From: Paraspadella gotoi
Taxonomy: Eukaryota; Animalia; Chaetognatha
Assembly (NCBI GenBank): GCA_051294375.1
Contig: CM119268.1
Coordinates: 7,712,632-7,776,631 of the forward strand
Direction: 5' to 3'
DNA: 64,000 nucleotides
In this document: positions 26,167 through 38,007 of the stretch, in pieces
Layout of the letters: the number at the start of each line of letters is the position of its first letter
Position numbering within the stretch: the stretch's first letter is position 1
Program-made: the position numbers and the translations under genes
The notes under the pieces: generated by a model
What the model was told of the DNA's origin: nothing
The model's input: the letters and a program-made list of their open reading frames with translations, nothing else
The model's database searches: none

Positions 26167-26475
26167 GCAGGGACTGAAACGGAAGAAGACGAAGAAAGAT
26201 CGCGTGATCTTGCGATGAAAATAATTTTTTTTTTGCTTAATGTAAGTCTGAGAAACTGAAAATGTGGACGGGAAGACGAAAGGCGTTGTGAGACGCTGGC
26301 TGCTTTATTTGGCGTCTCATTTGTTAATTGCTTCGCTAGAGAAGATTATTTTCGTGTTGCTTTTTTTTTTTGAGCGACTGAACGAAAAGAGAATTTCATT
26401 CAAAATGTTATGGATTCCAGAATCTGTGATTCTTACACGAATTTGCTAATTTGTTCATGGTCATATTTTGAATCG

Positions 26476-26515
<40 letters not shown>

Positions 26516-27280
26516 TGATCGATTCAATTCATCCATTCATGTCATTCGTTCATCCATGTCATTCATGTCATTCATTTCATCTTCATTCATTCATTCATTC
26601 TTATCATTCTCATTCTCATTCATTGCTCACCAATCGTTCCGAATCATGGTCATAATTCATTCATTCATTCATTCATTCATTCATTCATTCATTCATTCAT
26701 TCATTCATCCATTCACTCATTCCCCCGTATCTCGTATTTCGTTCACATCAAGCGTCTGTTTCGCCATTCCATTGCCCCCCCCCTCACCGCCCCCCCCCCG
26801 CGCGGTGACTGGCTGCGCAGTGAGCGACGATTCCATTTTCGCCGTCGTCAATGAAGGCAACGAGATTTTTATGGCAAGTTCACACGCAACGTCGCCCGCC
26901 CGGGCGAGTGTGGAGGAATCGTGAGGAGGTGGGGGGGCGGAGGGGAAGATGGGGTGTAGAAGGGAAGATGGAAGGAAGAAAGGAAGTCAAACGTCGTGGT
27001 GGACACAATTTCCGGGGTTGAGAGCAATTTGGAAAAAAGGGTAGAAATGGACGTAGGAATGGATGTAGAAATGGATAAAAATGGATAAAAATGGATAGAA
27101 ATGGTGGAAAAGTGAAAAAACAAACCATTTGTTAGGCGTGAAGGGACTGGAGGAAAAAAAGGAGGAAAGGAGGAAAGGAGGAATGGAAGAAAGGAGGAAG
27201 GGAGGAAGTGAAGAAAGGAGGAAAGGAAGGTGGTAAAATGGAAGGACGATCCTCGCTAAATGCAAAAAAAAAATGGGGGA

Positions 27281-27334
<54 letters not shown>

Positions 27335-27534
27335 TAAAAAGTGATAAAAGAGAGAAAAAAACGGAAGTAAAAGGTTAGTGAGGATCGAAACGAAGGGGAC
27401 GGGAAAAACTGAAGGACGCCGGAGGAGGGTCCAGTCATTTGAGAGCGCCGCTTTTAACGTGAATTGAGAAATGAAAAGGCAGATAATAGAAAAGTTATAA
27501 AGATAAAAGTAGAGTAAAGAAGATAAAAAAAGAG

Positions 27535-27704
27535 CCTCCGCTAACTCCAACGCCATCGCCAGCGCCAACGTCAAAGCAGACAACGCCATCAATCGCGATC
27601 GAGATTCCATCATCGGAATTTTTTCGCGCGTCGACGACAAACCGCGTGACCGTCACAAGATCAACACTTTGGGGCCGTTTCACAATAATCCTCATTTTGT
27701 GACG
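27535..27704 (+). CDS. Candidate penultimate exon (SANSNAIASANVKADNAINRDRDSIIGIFSRVDDKPRDRHKINTLGPFHNNPHFVT)
   Basis: Open frame with C-ending codons and a |gtgatt donor into a 54-nt intron that ends ttctccctcacag. The acceptor assignment (aaaagag|) is uncertain. Noisy copy at ~13050-13244. Confidence 0.55.
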
Positions 27705-27758
27705 GTGATTTTAGATTTCGTAACTTCACGTGACTTCTCCTTCATTTCTCCCTCACAG

Positions 27759-27791
27759 TCGGTGCATCGCGCCATCTGGAAGAGAAAATAG
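27759..27791 (+). CDS. Candidate terminal exon (SVHRAIWKRK*)
   Basis: Strong polypyrimidine/CAG acceptor, in frame with the previous exon, with TAG at 27789-27791. The stop position differs in the copy at ~13298. Confidence 0.5.
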   Translation, partial: SVHRAIWKRK

Positions 27792-27885
27792 AAAATAAGA
27801 ATGAAAAGAATAAGATTAAGAATTTGATAAAGATTTCATTCATGAAGCGGAATCTTCGTCGAGTTCGTCGTCGTCGTCATCTTAT

Positions 27886-27916
<31 letters not shown>

Positions 27917-30117
27917 GATCGTCGTGGTCGTCGTCGTGGTCGTCGTCGTCGTCTCATCTTTCAGATTTCCTCGCGGAATAAGAATTGGAAATGATTTATT
28001 CTTAGAATTTCCTTTTGACTTTTTACAGTCGGAGTCTTTTGTTTCATTTCCTTTTCTATCAACTCTGTTTCTCTTTTGTTTCGGTTATTAACAAGAGATG
28101 AGAATGAAGATAGAAAACAGCGTGAATCTGATTGGACCAAATAGACGGAGAGAGAAAAAAGGAAAAGAATTTGCTATAGTTTGTTAAGTTTGTCTCGAAG
28201 AGCAAGTTAATTAAAATGCTTCAAAGTTTTAGTTCAAAATAAATTAGTATAGATTGAAAAGGCAAATACAAACAAATTGAAAAAGAATAACTTTCACCTC
28301 GACTTATTAAAATTCAAAAAAAAAAAAAAAAGAGAATCATTTTTCAAGTTTTACATGCAATTGTCATTATTGTCTTTTGCCACTCCTGGCCAAGAATTCA
28401 CCACCTCATCGCACTCCTCACAGGCTCGCACGTTCACTCAGAAAAACCCGGCGAATCACACAAAGGGAATTCGGTGACGCTGACCCGACGAGTCCGCCTC
28501 GTCAAGCCAACGGGCTCGGCACGCAATTCCGGCCGCCGAAACCATCGCGCGCGATTTCTCTTCCTTCTTCGCCGACTTCTTCTCTTCTTTTTCTATCCTT
28601 CTTTCTCTTTTGTTTTTTTGTTTGTTTTTTTGTTTTTTTTCCCCTTTTTTTTCTATTTTCTCTTCTTCGGATTATTTTTTGACGTTTTCTTTCTCTGCTC
28701 AACTGGCGTGATTAATCATTTTCGGGAAAATGGGATGGTTTTTCTTTTCCTTTGATTTTTTATTCCTTTTTTCTTTTTTTTTTTGTTTTTTTTTCGCATT
28801 ATAATAAGAGTTGAATGAAAGATTGATTTCGAGTCAAGTTTCTAGTTTTATTTCTCGCTTTAACTTTTTAACGAAACCATTCCGACGAATACGACCGCCG
28901 CTGATTTGAATCGATTCCTTGAATTCCTTAAATACTGAGAGATGTACATTAATTGGCTCAGTTAGCGTATGTTGTTTTAAGTCATTAGATTAGGGAGGAA
29001 AATCCTATCTGACGTCGGTTCGATTATCTGCCAGACGTCTAATTTAGTGTAGTAATTATCGTTTTAATGCATAAGGTAACGTTATTAGTCCCAAAGGATC
29101 ATCAACGTGGCGGTAAACCACGGTAAAAAAAAGGACTTCATTTAAATAAATGTAACAAAGTTATGGTATTTAATGTTTAAACCGAAAGTAAAAATTTAAA
29201 TTATTAAATACTAATATTCTCTTTTGCTCTGAGCATTTTAAACGTTCGCAATATTACTGACTCACAACAAATAATAGACCGCCGCGTCCCGCCGCGTCCC
29301 GCCGCGCCCCGCCGCATCTCGGCCCGCCAAAAACGCGGAAAAAAAAATTATCTCGTAGAAGTCGCGACTTTAAAAAAAAAATTCCTCTTCCATTCATTTC
29401 GGAGAAAAAAGAAGATATATAAAAATAAAGAAAAAAGAGAAAGAAAGAAAAAGACCTTTGGAAAGAGAGAGATACTAACATTATCCTCGCGGTTTATTTA
29501 TGACCATCATTTGTTTCCAGAAGAAGAGTTTGGATAAAGAGTGGAAGAAGGCAAAGGGAGGGGTGTTGTTGTTGTCTTTGTTGTCGTCGTTGTTTTTAGC
29601 GTCTGTGATAAAGTTTGGCTGAAGATGTCGTTTTCTTTTGAAGGATGACCCGGAAGGAATTATCAAGGGAGGGAGTGGGAGAGGAGAAAGGGGAGGAAGA
29701 GGAGGAGAAAGAAATGAAAAAGAGAGGAAACTTTAGGGGTTGAGAAGGAACAGGTGGGAGGATATAACAAGAAGAAGAAGAGTAGAAAGAGGTGGAGAAG
29801 GAGGAGGATGAAGAGGAGGAGGAAAAGGAGGAGGAACGGGAGGGCGATGAAATGAGATACAAAGATGAGATGCAGAACGAGGTTTCTGTTGACAGATTAA
29901 ATCAAATACGTCTTCTGATGCGGACCAGATTTTTTTTTTTCTCATGACTTTATAACGAAAAGTAAACCCAGAGAGGATTCTCTCTTTTTTTTTTTAATCT
30001 TGAAATGGGAATATCAAGTGACGACAGAGAGAGAGAGAAAGGGAGGAAGAGGGAGAGAGAAAGAGGGGGGGGAGAGAGAAATATGAAGAATAAAAGAATA
30101 ACGGAATAAAATGAGGA

Positions 30118-30190
30118 AGGAAAGAAAGAAAGAAAAAAAAGAAAGAAAGAAAGAAAGAAAGATAGAAAGAAAGAAAGAAAGAAAGAAAAA

Positions 30191-30270
<80 letters not shown>

Positions 30271-30272
30271 AA
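30118..30272. repeat. (AAAG)n microsatellite
   Basis: Directly visible. Similar tracts at ~16000-16145 and 53237-53345. Confidence 0.95.
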
Positions 30273-30418
30273 TACAACCCAAAAAAAAGTAAAAATAAAA
30301 ACAATTGGATTAAGCGCGCCGACCAAAACAAAAAAAACCGAGGAAAATTTATCTCCTCTTATCTCGAGTTGAAGTCTCTCGACTCCAGAGGCCGAACATT
30401 CGTGAATGACCGTCGTCT

Positions 30419-30459
<41 letters not shown>

Positions 30460-32039
30460 GTTGTCGTCGTCGTTGTCGTCGTCGATCATAAGTGTATTAA
30501 ACTTTTTACGAAGGCGGTGGTGGTCTTACGGCTCGAGGTGAAGGCTTTAAGCTTGTGAAAGAGATGTGATGTTAATTTAATGCGGGTAAGTTAAACACTA
30601 ATCTCTCACTCCCTACTCTTCCACTGCCCTCGCTTTTCTGAGAGAAATATTCCCTCTGATTGGTCAATCAGATGAAAAGACTGAAATGACAGGAGTTTCG
30701 GAGAACCATTCGTGAGAACCATCTATTTAAACAATTAATTTTTATTTTTAATTTAATTTTATCAATTAAATAAAAAGAAAGAAATATTACGTGAAAAAAA
30801 GTTCGTTACTTAATCAGATCTACTCCGAACTAAAACAAATTTGCAAAAGAATTTTAACGAACGTCGGTGAGCAAATGATCCGGTTAGCGACGAGGCGTGT
30901 GAGTCAAAAATAAAAACCTTCATAAATTAGAATCCGTCCGTCCCATTTCGGATGCATGACCGGACATCGAGAGAGAGAGAGAGAGAGCGAGACGGAGAGA
31001 CTCCTGCTCCGCCTCTCGGTCAAAATTTCTCATGATCCTAATAACGAAAACAATAAATCAGTTTTTATTTTTTCTTCTCTCATCCATTATTTTTTTCTCG
31101 TTATAATGAGATTCTTTTTTCGAAAGACGAAAGGCGAAGATCGAAGGATCGAGGGCGACTCATAAAACAAAGAACTCGTTACACTTGGGTGCGAAGTGGA
31201 AAAAGGAGGGTGGGGGGGGGGAGATGGTGGGAGAGTGGAGGTGGTTCGTGGAGGATTTATGGGTAGGGGGCGTCTTTGTGTAAGTGGGTTGGGTTCGTGC
31301 AGGAGCTCGAGGAGAGACTTTCTTTCTTTTCTTTTTTTTTATGGATCGGGTGAGAAAAATATCGTAAATTAGTAAGATTCGTGTAGCGAATGGGCGGAGT
31401 TTTTACAGTTTTAGCGACGGAGAAAAAAGGGGGGGAGGTTAAAACGGGGTCTAGAAGAGGGTAAGGCATTTTTGGGTGAAAAGAAAAAGATTTGAGGTCG
31501 AGCCAATCTCTTATTTTCTTATTTTTTTTTTGATCGAGATACAAGATTTTGGAGAATAAAGTTCGCGCCTCGATCGATGCAAAGAAACACAAAAGAAAAA
31601 AAAAGTCGAAAAGTTTCGAGTATTTTTCGGTTGCAAAATATTTTTTTTTCTTTTTCCAAAAAAAAAAGAAAAGAAAGAAAACTGGTTCTTTCTTTTTCCC
31701 CTTTTAAAGGGCGAAGATTCCCTTAAGAGGCTTAGGCAGAGATAAGGGAAAGGTGGGAGTAAAGGAAGGGAGAGATACAAGTGTTAAAAAAAAGGGAAAT
31801 AAGGAAGGAGGGAAAAAAATTAGGGAAGGGGGGGAAGAAAGAGGGAGAAAAAAAAGGGGGTCAGAGGTGGAAAAAGGGAACGAGTGAAAAAATGAAAGGG
31901 GAAAAAGGGATCAGAGTGGGTTGGGCACGAGTGGGAAAAAAAATTGGAACGAGAAAAGGGCAAACCCGGAGGGCAGGGAATAAAAAGCGAATCCGTGTGA
32001 GGGAAGAAATCAACAAAAACGGATGAACAAAAAGAGTCC

Positions 32040-33965
32040 ATATCTTCTTATTAAATTATTAATTTTATATTTAATCAAAACAATGAACATTTCATGTCAT
32101 AGCCTGAGATATTGGTGTTTTTCTCTCTGATTTCTCATTTCCTTTTCTGTTCAGCATATGGAAATAAATCTTGGAACACTTCAAACGAATCACGAATTGC
32201 CTTAACACGATTCCCCCTCTCCTTTTTTCCTTTATTTTATTATCTCCTCTTTCCTCTGTCACGATCCTCTCTCTTCTCATCTCCTTCCTTCTCTCTCTCT
32301 CTATCTCTCATCTCTCTCTCTCTCTCGCTCTGCTCTCTCTTCCTCTCTCTCTCTCAGTCACACAACACAACACGCCAATTTCCCATTTTTTGGATGGATA
32401 ACTACCTGCAATATGTCACCATCCGGGCCACAGAGATCAAGATTGAATGAAAAAGAAGAGATAGTAAATCGGGCGGGGAAAAGGCGAAAAAGAAAAAATG
32501 ATATTAGAAGTTAATGAAATCGTAGACGAAATCTACGAGAACGTATTTCATTGTGGTTCGAAATAATTAATTTTTTTTTCTTTATCAATTCTACATGCGA
32601 GAGATAAATATTTTTCAACAACTTCGAAAACTTCGAAAATTTTTTAGACTTATATGTTTTTTCCCCCCTCTCTCAATTAAAGCGAGAGAAGCCTTACGAA
32701 GTCTCCAGAAATCGGCGCGAACCGCGAGGACTTGTTTTACCAAAATGTTTCCAAAAAAAAATCGAAAACCATATGGGCCTTCCTCATGAGATGGGGATAA
32801 TGGAAGCAAAATGGTTTTGAAGAATGCTGGGACCCAGAACCGGGGAGGGAGAGGGAGAGAGAGAAGAGAGATGAGAGAACGAGACAGAGAGATTCTGGAT
32901 CTAGACAGAGATACGGAGGGAGAGGAGAGAGAGAGGAGAGAGAGAGGAGAGAGAAGAGAAGAAGAGAGAAGAGAGAGACGAGAGAGAAGAGAGAGAGAAA
33001 GAGAGAGAGAGAGAGATCAAAGAGGCGGATGAAGGCCGCAAAACAAAAGACATTCTTTCGAAAGACTACAGATCTACAGCTTCTATTGCGTGAATGACAA
33101 GAATAATTTTTTTTCTTCTTTTTTTTTCTTTTTTTTTTTTTTNNNNNNNNNNNNNNNNNNNNNNNNNCTCTCTCTCTCTCTCTCTCTCCCCTCTCCCCGG
33201 TTCTGGGTCCCAGACCTTCTTCACCATTTTGCTTTCCATTATCCCGCATCTCATGAGGAAGGCCCATATGGTTTTCGATTTGTTTTGGAAACATTTTGTA
33301 AACAAGTCTCGCGGTTCGCCGATTTCTGGGAGACTTGTAAGGCTTCTCTCGCTTTAATTGAGAGAAGAGGGGGAAAAAATACTAAGTCTAAAAAATTTCG
33401 AAGTTTTCGAAGTTGTTGAAAAATATTAATCTCTCGCATGTTAGAATGATAAAGAAAAAAAAATTAATTATTTCGACCACAATGAAATACGTTCCGTAGA
33501 TTTCGTCTACATTTCATTAACTTCTAATTCATTTTTTTTCTTTTTCCCTTTTCCCCGCATTTTCTTCTCTCTTTTTTCATTCAATTCTTGATCTCTGGCC
33601 TCGGATGGTGACAATTGCAGGTAAGTTATCGCATCCAAATGGGAAATTGCGTGTGTGTGTGTGGTGATGAGAGAGAGAGAAGAGAAGAGAGAGCGAGCGA
33701 GAGAGAGAGGGAGATGAAGAAGAGAGACGGAGAAGGAAGGAGATGAAGAAGAGAGAGGATCCGGACGAGAAGGAAAGCGAGGAGATACATAAAATAAAGA
33801 AAAAGAGAGGGGGAAGTGTTAAGCCATTCGTGATTCGTTTGAAGTGTTCCAATTTATTTCCATAGCTGAACAGAAAAGGAATGAGAAATCAGAGAGGAAA
33901 ACCAATCTCGTATTGACATAAATTCATTGTTTTGATTAAATATAATTAATAATTTAATATGACTA
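32040..33965. repeat. Inverted duplication D (32040-32850 vs 33168-33965) around a 25-N gap
   Basis: ccatatgggccttcctcatgagatg (~32769) versus catctcatgaggaaggcccatatgg (~33247). Confidence 0.9.
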
Positions 33966-34347
33966 AAAAAAGAAAAAGGAACGGAAAGTTTCAACTTCTA
34001 ATTTAAGTTCGACGTCGGGGAAATTTGTGCCCAAAACCTGAAACCATCAGACCATCCGGTCTTTTGCGTGAAGCACTGGAAGAAATTGCTTTCTTACAAA
34101 TTCGAGTGAGACGAGAGAGAAGAGAGAGAGAGAGAGAGAAGAGAGAGAAGAGAGAGGAGAGAGAAGGAGACAGAGAGACGAGAGAGAGGAGAGGAAAGAG
34201 ATAGGGCCCTTTCTTGTATTATTACCATTGTCTTACATGAATTTTGTTCTTTGTAACACCTGCCTTTTTTCGATAACCTCGAAAGCATTTCCATTTTTCG
34301 TTCGCCGCCATTTTTCTCTCTCTCTCTCTCTTTCTCCTCTCTATCTT

Positions 34348-34380
<33 letters not shown>

Positions 34381-35880
34381 CTCTCCTCTCTCCTCATCTC
34401 TCTCTCCTCTCTCTCTCTCTCTCATCTCTCTCTCTTCTTTCTCTCTCCTTTCTCTCCTCTCTTCATCCCCTTCTTCTCGCGTATCTATATGGTAACTGTA
34501 GTTCAGGCAATATTTTTTTAACCCCTTTTCGCGTTTTTCCATCCGACTCTGCTTTCGCCAAAAGAAACAAAAATCGATAAAAATATATGGATTTTTTGGA
34601 GAATAGATTTTCATGCAGCATTCCGTTTGGACATCGTCGCCAGCTGGTTGTCGCGTCGATTATTCTATTTCGGCTGCCGAACAAAGAGAACATTCAGAGA
34701 AAAACGGCAGTTACTACACGCATCTTTGATTTTCGATCTTCTCCCGACGTTTTTTAATGGTTCGCCCAAATATAAAAGTGGCGTATTTCTCACTCCCCCT
34801 TTTCTGGATTTCTAGTAAGAAATGAGATCCTTTAACTGTGTCTTACGAATTTGCGCTCTCGTTAGGGACGACTCTCCGTCTCAGGACAATCGCTTGGGAA
34901 AAGTCAGTGATTTAAACAGGTGACATTTGTCTGTCTGGTGAATGTAAAAACAATATTCCATACGCATTTAGCAGAAAATAAAATTAAAATAAACCATTTA
35001 GCCTTAGCTTTCGCTGCATAGGCAAGCATCAAGGTGATAAACTCTGGCTATGTTTTATTTATTTTTTTTTTAAACGCATTTTATCGAAATGAAGACGATT
35101 TTCTCTTTGACGTTGGCGATTCTCTTTTTTGCTTCAATTCGTCGAATCGCGGAGGGTGCAGTCGAAGGATATGTCTTCTCCGATGCGCATTTGTTTTCAT
35201 CCGCAGTAAAACAATTACGCTTTATTTCTTTATTTTATCTTTTTTTTTTTGACTCAGTTTGACGGATTGATGAAGCCAGCGGACCAAAATCTGCTCGTCC
35301 TGTTACAGAGGAAGTGAAGAGAAGGTAGCGAATTCGGCGGTCCAAGTTCGGGAATGAGCGCGAAATGAATTCATAAATTCGAAGAGGAATGTTTATTTCG
35401 ACGACCTGACTGACGCTCAGCGACCTGAAGCAGGAAGATCCGGAAACAGGAGATGATGGCCAGGGAAAGCGGCGTTGAGGTCTCAGGCTGCTGGAATCCT
35501 TCCTCCGCCTCTACAAGCGAATGCCTTCTGGCCTTTCGCCGCTGCTCTTGCAGTCCTCGACCGTGCTTTCTCCATCGTCATCAGATCGATTTCTACGACG
35601 AAAAAATGAGACGAAAACTCAAAACGATGGCGGACGTCGACGGAGGACGGACGAAGCGGTGGCGGGAAATAAACGGCGAAGGGAAAACTTGAAATACGAC
35701 GATGAATTTTTTTTTTGTTTTTTTTAAGAAGATCGTCACTCGAACATCAGATTTTCAGGGATTAGAAAAATTCAGGAGAAGTATACCGACTGGGAAAGTA
35801 TTAGATAATAATACAGTAGAGCATAAAGTATGTGTTTTCTTTTCTTGGTCAATTCCACTGCAGTCTTGAGGTTATCTAAG

Positions 35881-36444
35881 TTTGAGAGTCGCCGTATGCT
35901 CATCTGTTAATAATTTTACTCCACATGATTCGTTTCTACATTTTGTCTACTCAAGCCTAATCTGGTGCTACTTTCTATGCTCTTACCTTTCACGTTTCAC
36001 AGAGAACCAGGTCACTGAGGATCTCTCCAGCGGCCGTCCCAAAACGGCCCTTTTTTTTACCGACGGAGGACATAGACATGTTGTCGATGGTCGTTCTACC
36101 TCAGTCATCGCTTCTGCTCACCAGCTTTAGCAGGATTCATGACGGCTTGTCAGTTGACAATAGACTTTGTGGCCAGTCCCACACTTCGACCACACTCCTT
36201 TCTGAATGCGACCTTGTGGAAAACTACGGGAGCTGGCTGACATAGGAGGCTGACACCTCGCCAACAAAGTAGTCTTTCGGCGTCACTCGCGCCGGCACAC
36301 CAAAGGGGGGCTGATGCGGCCGGCGCCCACCTTCCGGCTGACGAGGGGAGAGTTGACGGCACGTCTCCCCCATAATGGCGCGACGGGTATAGGACGGAGA
36401 TACGCCTTGGCGTGGCAGGGCTGAACTACTAGCTTCCTCCGACA
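35881..36444 (-). mobile_element. Probable solo LTR (~564 bp) present in only one copy
   Basis: Absent at the homologous site ~42119-42128 (ctaag|cattg). The flanks ctaag (35876-35880) and ctacag (36445-36450) resemble a 5-bp TSD. The minus strand starts TGTCGG and ends ...CTCTCAAA (close to TGT...ACA). It contains a TATA-like GGTAAAAAAAAGGG, a polyA-like AGTAAA and several hairpins. Confidence 0.5.
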
Positions 36445-36737
36445 CTACAGCCATTGCTCTTTCGTCTCCTCTTACTATGAGTCTATAGTTTAAGACGTGT
36501 AGACTCCTCCGGTCCGACTTTCCTCCTTCCAACCTCTGACCTCTGTCCCCCCCTCTGGAGCCGATGTGACTCTTTCCCGCCCTGCTCCTCCCTCCCCATC
36601 TTTCCTTTTCCGTGTGAAGCGGTCTGTCGGACCAAAAATTTCTGCCTAATGAGTCCCTCGTTTCTGATTCGAAGCGCGGCGAGAGGACTCGACCAAGCAG
36701 ACCGCAGCGACCTTGGCACGCATCCGCGCTCCGCGTA

Positions 36738-36751
36738 GTAACCATGGAAAC
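36738..36751. promoter_or_regulatory. RFX X-box-like motif GTAACCATGGAAAC
   Basis: Close to the X-box consensus GTNNCCATGGNAAC. It is identical in the duplicate (42367-42380) despite noisy flanks, and sits in a CpG-rich context. Confidence 0.35.
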
Positions 36752-37677
36752 TCCGCCCAGTCGTGTTTTTTCCTGCTAAGGAACACGCGCGACCGGTTGA
36801 GGGTTTTAAAGGCGGGAGAATCGGTTCGCATCTGTTTTGAGGGATTTTTTTTTATTGGGCGAGGGCGGCGATGATCGTGACCCTTATGGTCGCGTATAAA
36901 TTCATATTCTTTCTGGACAGGACGACCGTACCCTGTCCGTCTATTGTCATAACATTGGCTCGCACTTTTCCTGATGCTCAATTCGTATACATTTTTTATT
37001 TCAAACTATTACGCATGGTCCCAGCCAGCGTGCTACTTGCCAAAGATCACTTGGAAAAACGTGAGATGTTATAATTCACATGTCATTTCGACAGTTCGGT
37101 TCTCGAAGAATGGACATTTTATTTTTACCCGCCCAAGCACACGCCGAATCGGTCCCCTTAGCAATCGGTCCCACGCACCGAGCCCAGAGAGGTTCCCCGT
37201 CCTCAAAAAACAACAAAAAAAAAACAGAAAGAAGCAATAGCGAGAAACGACCAAAATAGAACGCAAAAGAAAGCCGCTGTTCGCCTTTATTAAACTGCTC
37301 GGTCTCTGCGTAGCCGAATCGGGTGACGCTGGCGAAGGTGGGCCCAGAAAGTTTTCGCGCATGCGTATTGCGCCGCCGTCGCAATCCTTTAAAGATAAGT
37401 TCCTGAAAACATTGGTCACTGATAATCAGCGATAAAAATTAGAAAACCTATAATCGTAATATAAAGCTTCCAATGCGACAAAGACGCATCCAGCAAATTG
37501 GCCTGCTCGACATGGCTATAAACTACTCGCATACAAGTAGTCTAGTACGTACATTACTATCGTATATCATTTCCCCCTTCGGACTGTGCAAAAAGTACAG
37601 AATAAGAAAAAAACGGACTGGAAACGACGCACGAGAACGTACAACAGGCGGCCTGCATGGTGAAATACATGGGAAAC

Positions 37678-37713
<36 letters not shown>

Positions 37714-37962
37714 CCTCTCTCTCCTCTCTCTCTCTCTCTCTTACTACCTCTCTCTCTCTCTCTCCCCTTCACTCACTCTACTCTTCTCTCTCACTTGAAT
37801 ATGTGGATTCGCCAATTGCGTGCGCGGGAGCTCAATGTCTACTAACCTCAATCTCTCGATTCGTCGCCTTAATTCCCAACTGTGCTGATTTCGGAGCTCT
37901 AGGACTTAGGTAGAATCTCATTCCCTGGCAGCGTCTCCTCTATGACTCGCGAGGTCATCTCT

Positions 37963-38007
<45 letters not shown>

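Larger units (their letters stand above)
24520..31577. repeat. Duplicated block C, copy 2 (the cleaner copy)
   Basis: Direct match to 9500-17470. Candidate exon frames are more often intact here. Confidence 0.95.

Noticed and set aside
26118-27332. (CT)n and (AG)n tracts pairing to bridge an intron, as AC/GT repeats do in fish structured introns
   Set aside because: It fits this interval, but other candidate introns (such as 6034-9028) carry mainly same-sense tracts, and chance pairing is expected at this repeat density.
36018-36130. LQRP..GPF..VDGRSTSV, resembling the GPY/F tail of Gypsy integrases
   Set aside because: It needs a frameshift, has no integrase core and is surrounded by stops. 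The solo-LTR reading fits better.
36330-36400. Hammerhead-like CTGACGA followed by a 7-bp stem
   Set aside because: The stem is followed by CATAA rather than the essential GAAA, and stems I and III are unconvincing. Worth rechecking on a polished consensus.
36224-36745. 173-aa minus-strand ORF
   Set aside because: It crosses the insertion boundary at ~36445, has no recognisable motif and is not preserved in the duplicate.
37013-37026. GCATGGTCCCAGCC, matching part of the HDV ribozyme
   Set aside because: The pairing partners are missing and the motif is not retained in the duplicate near 42600, so it is a chance match.
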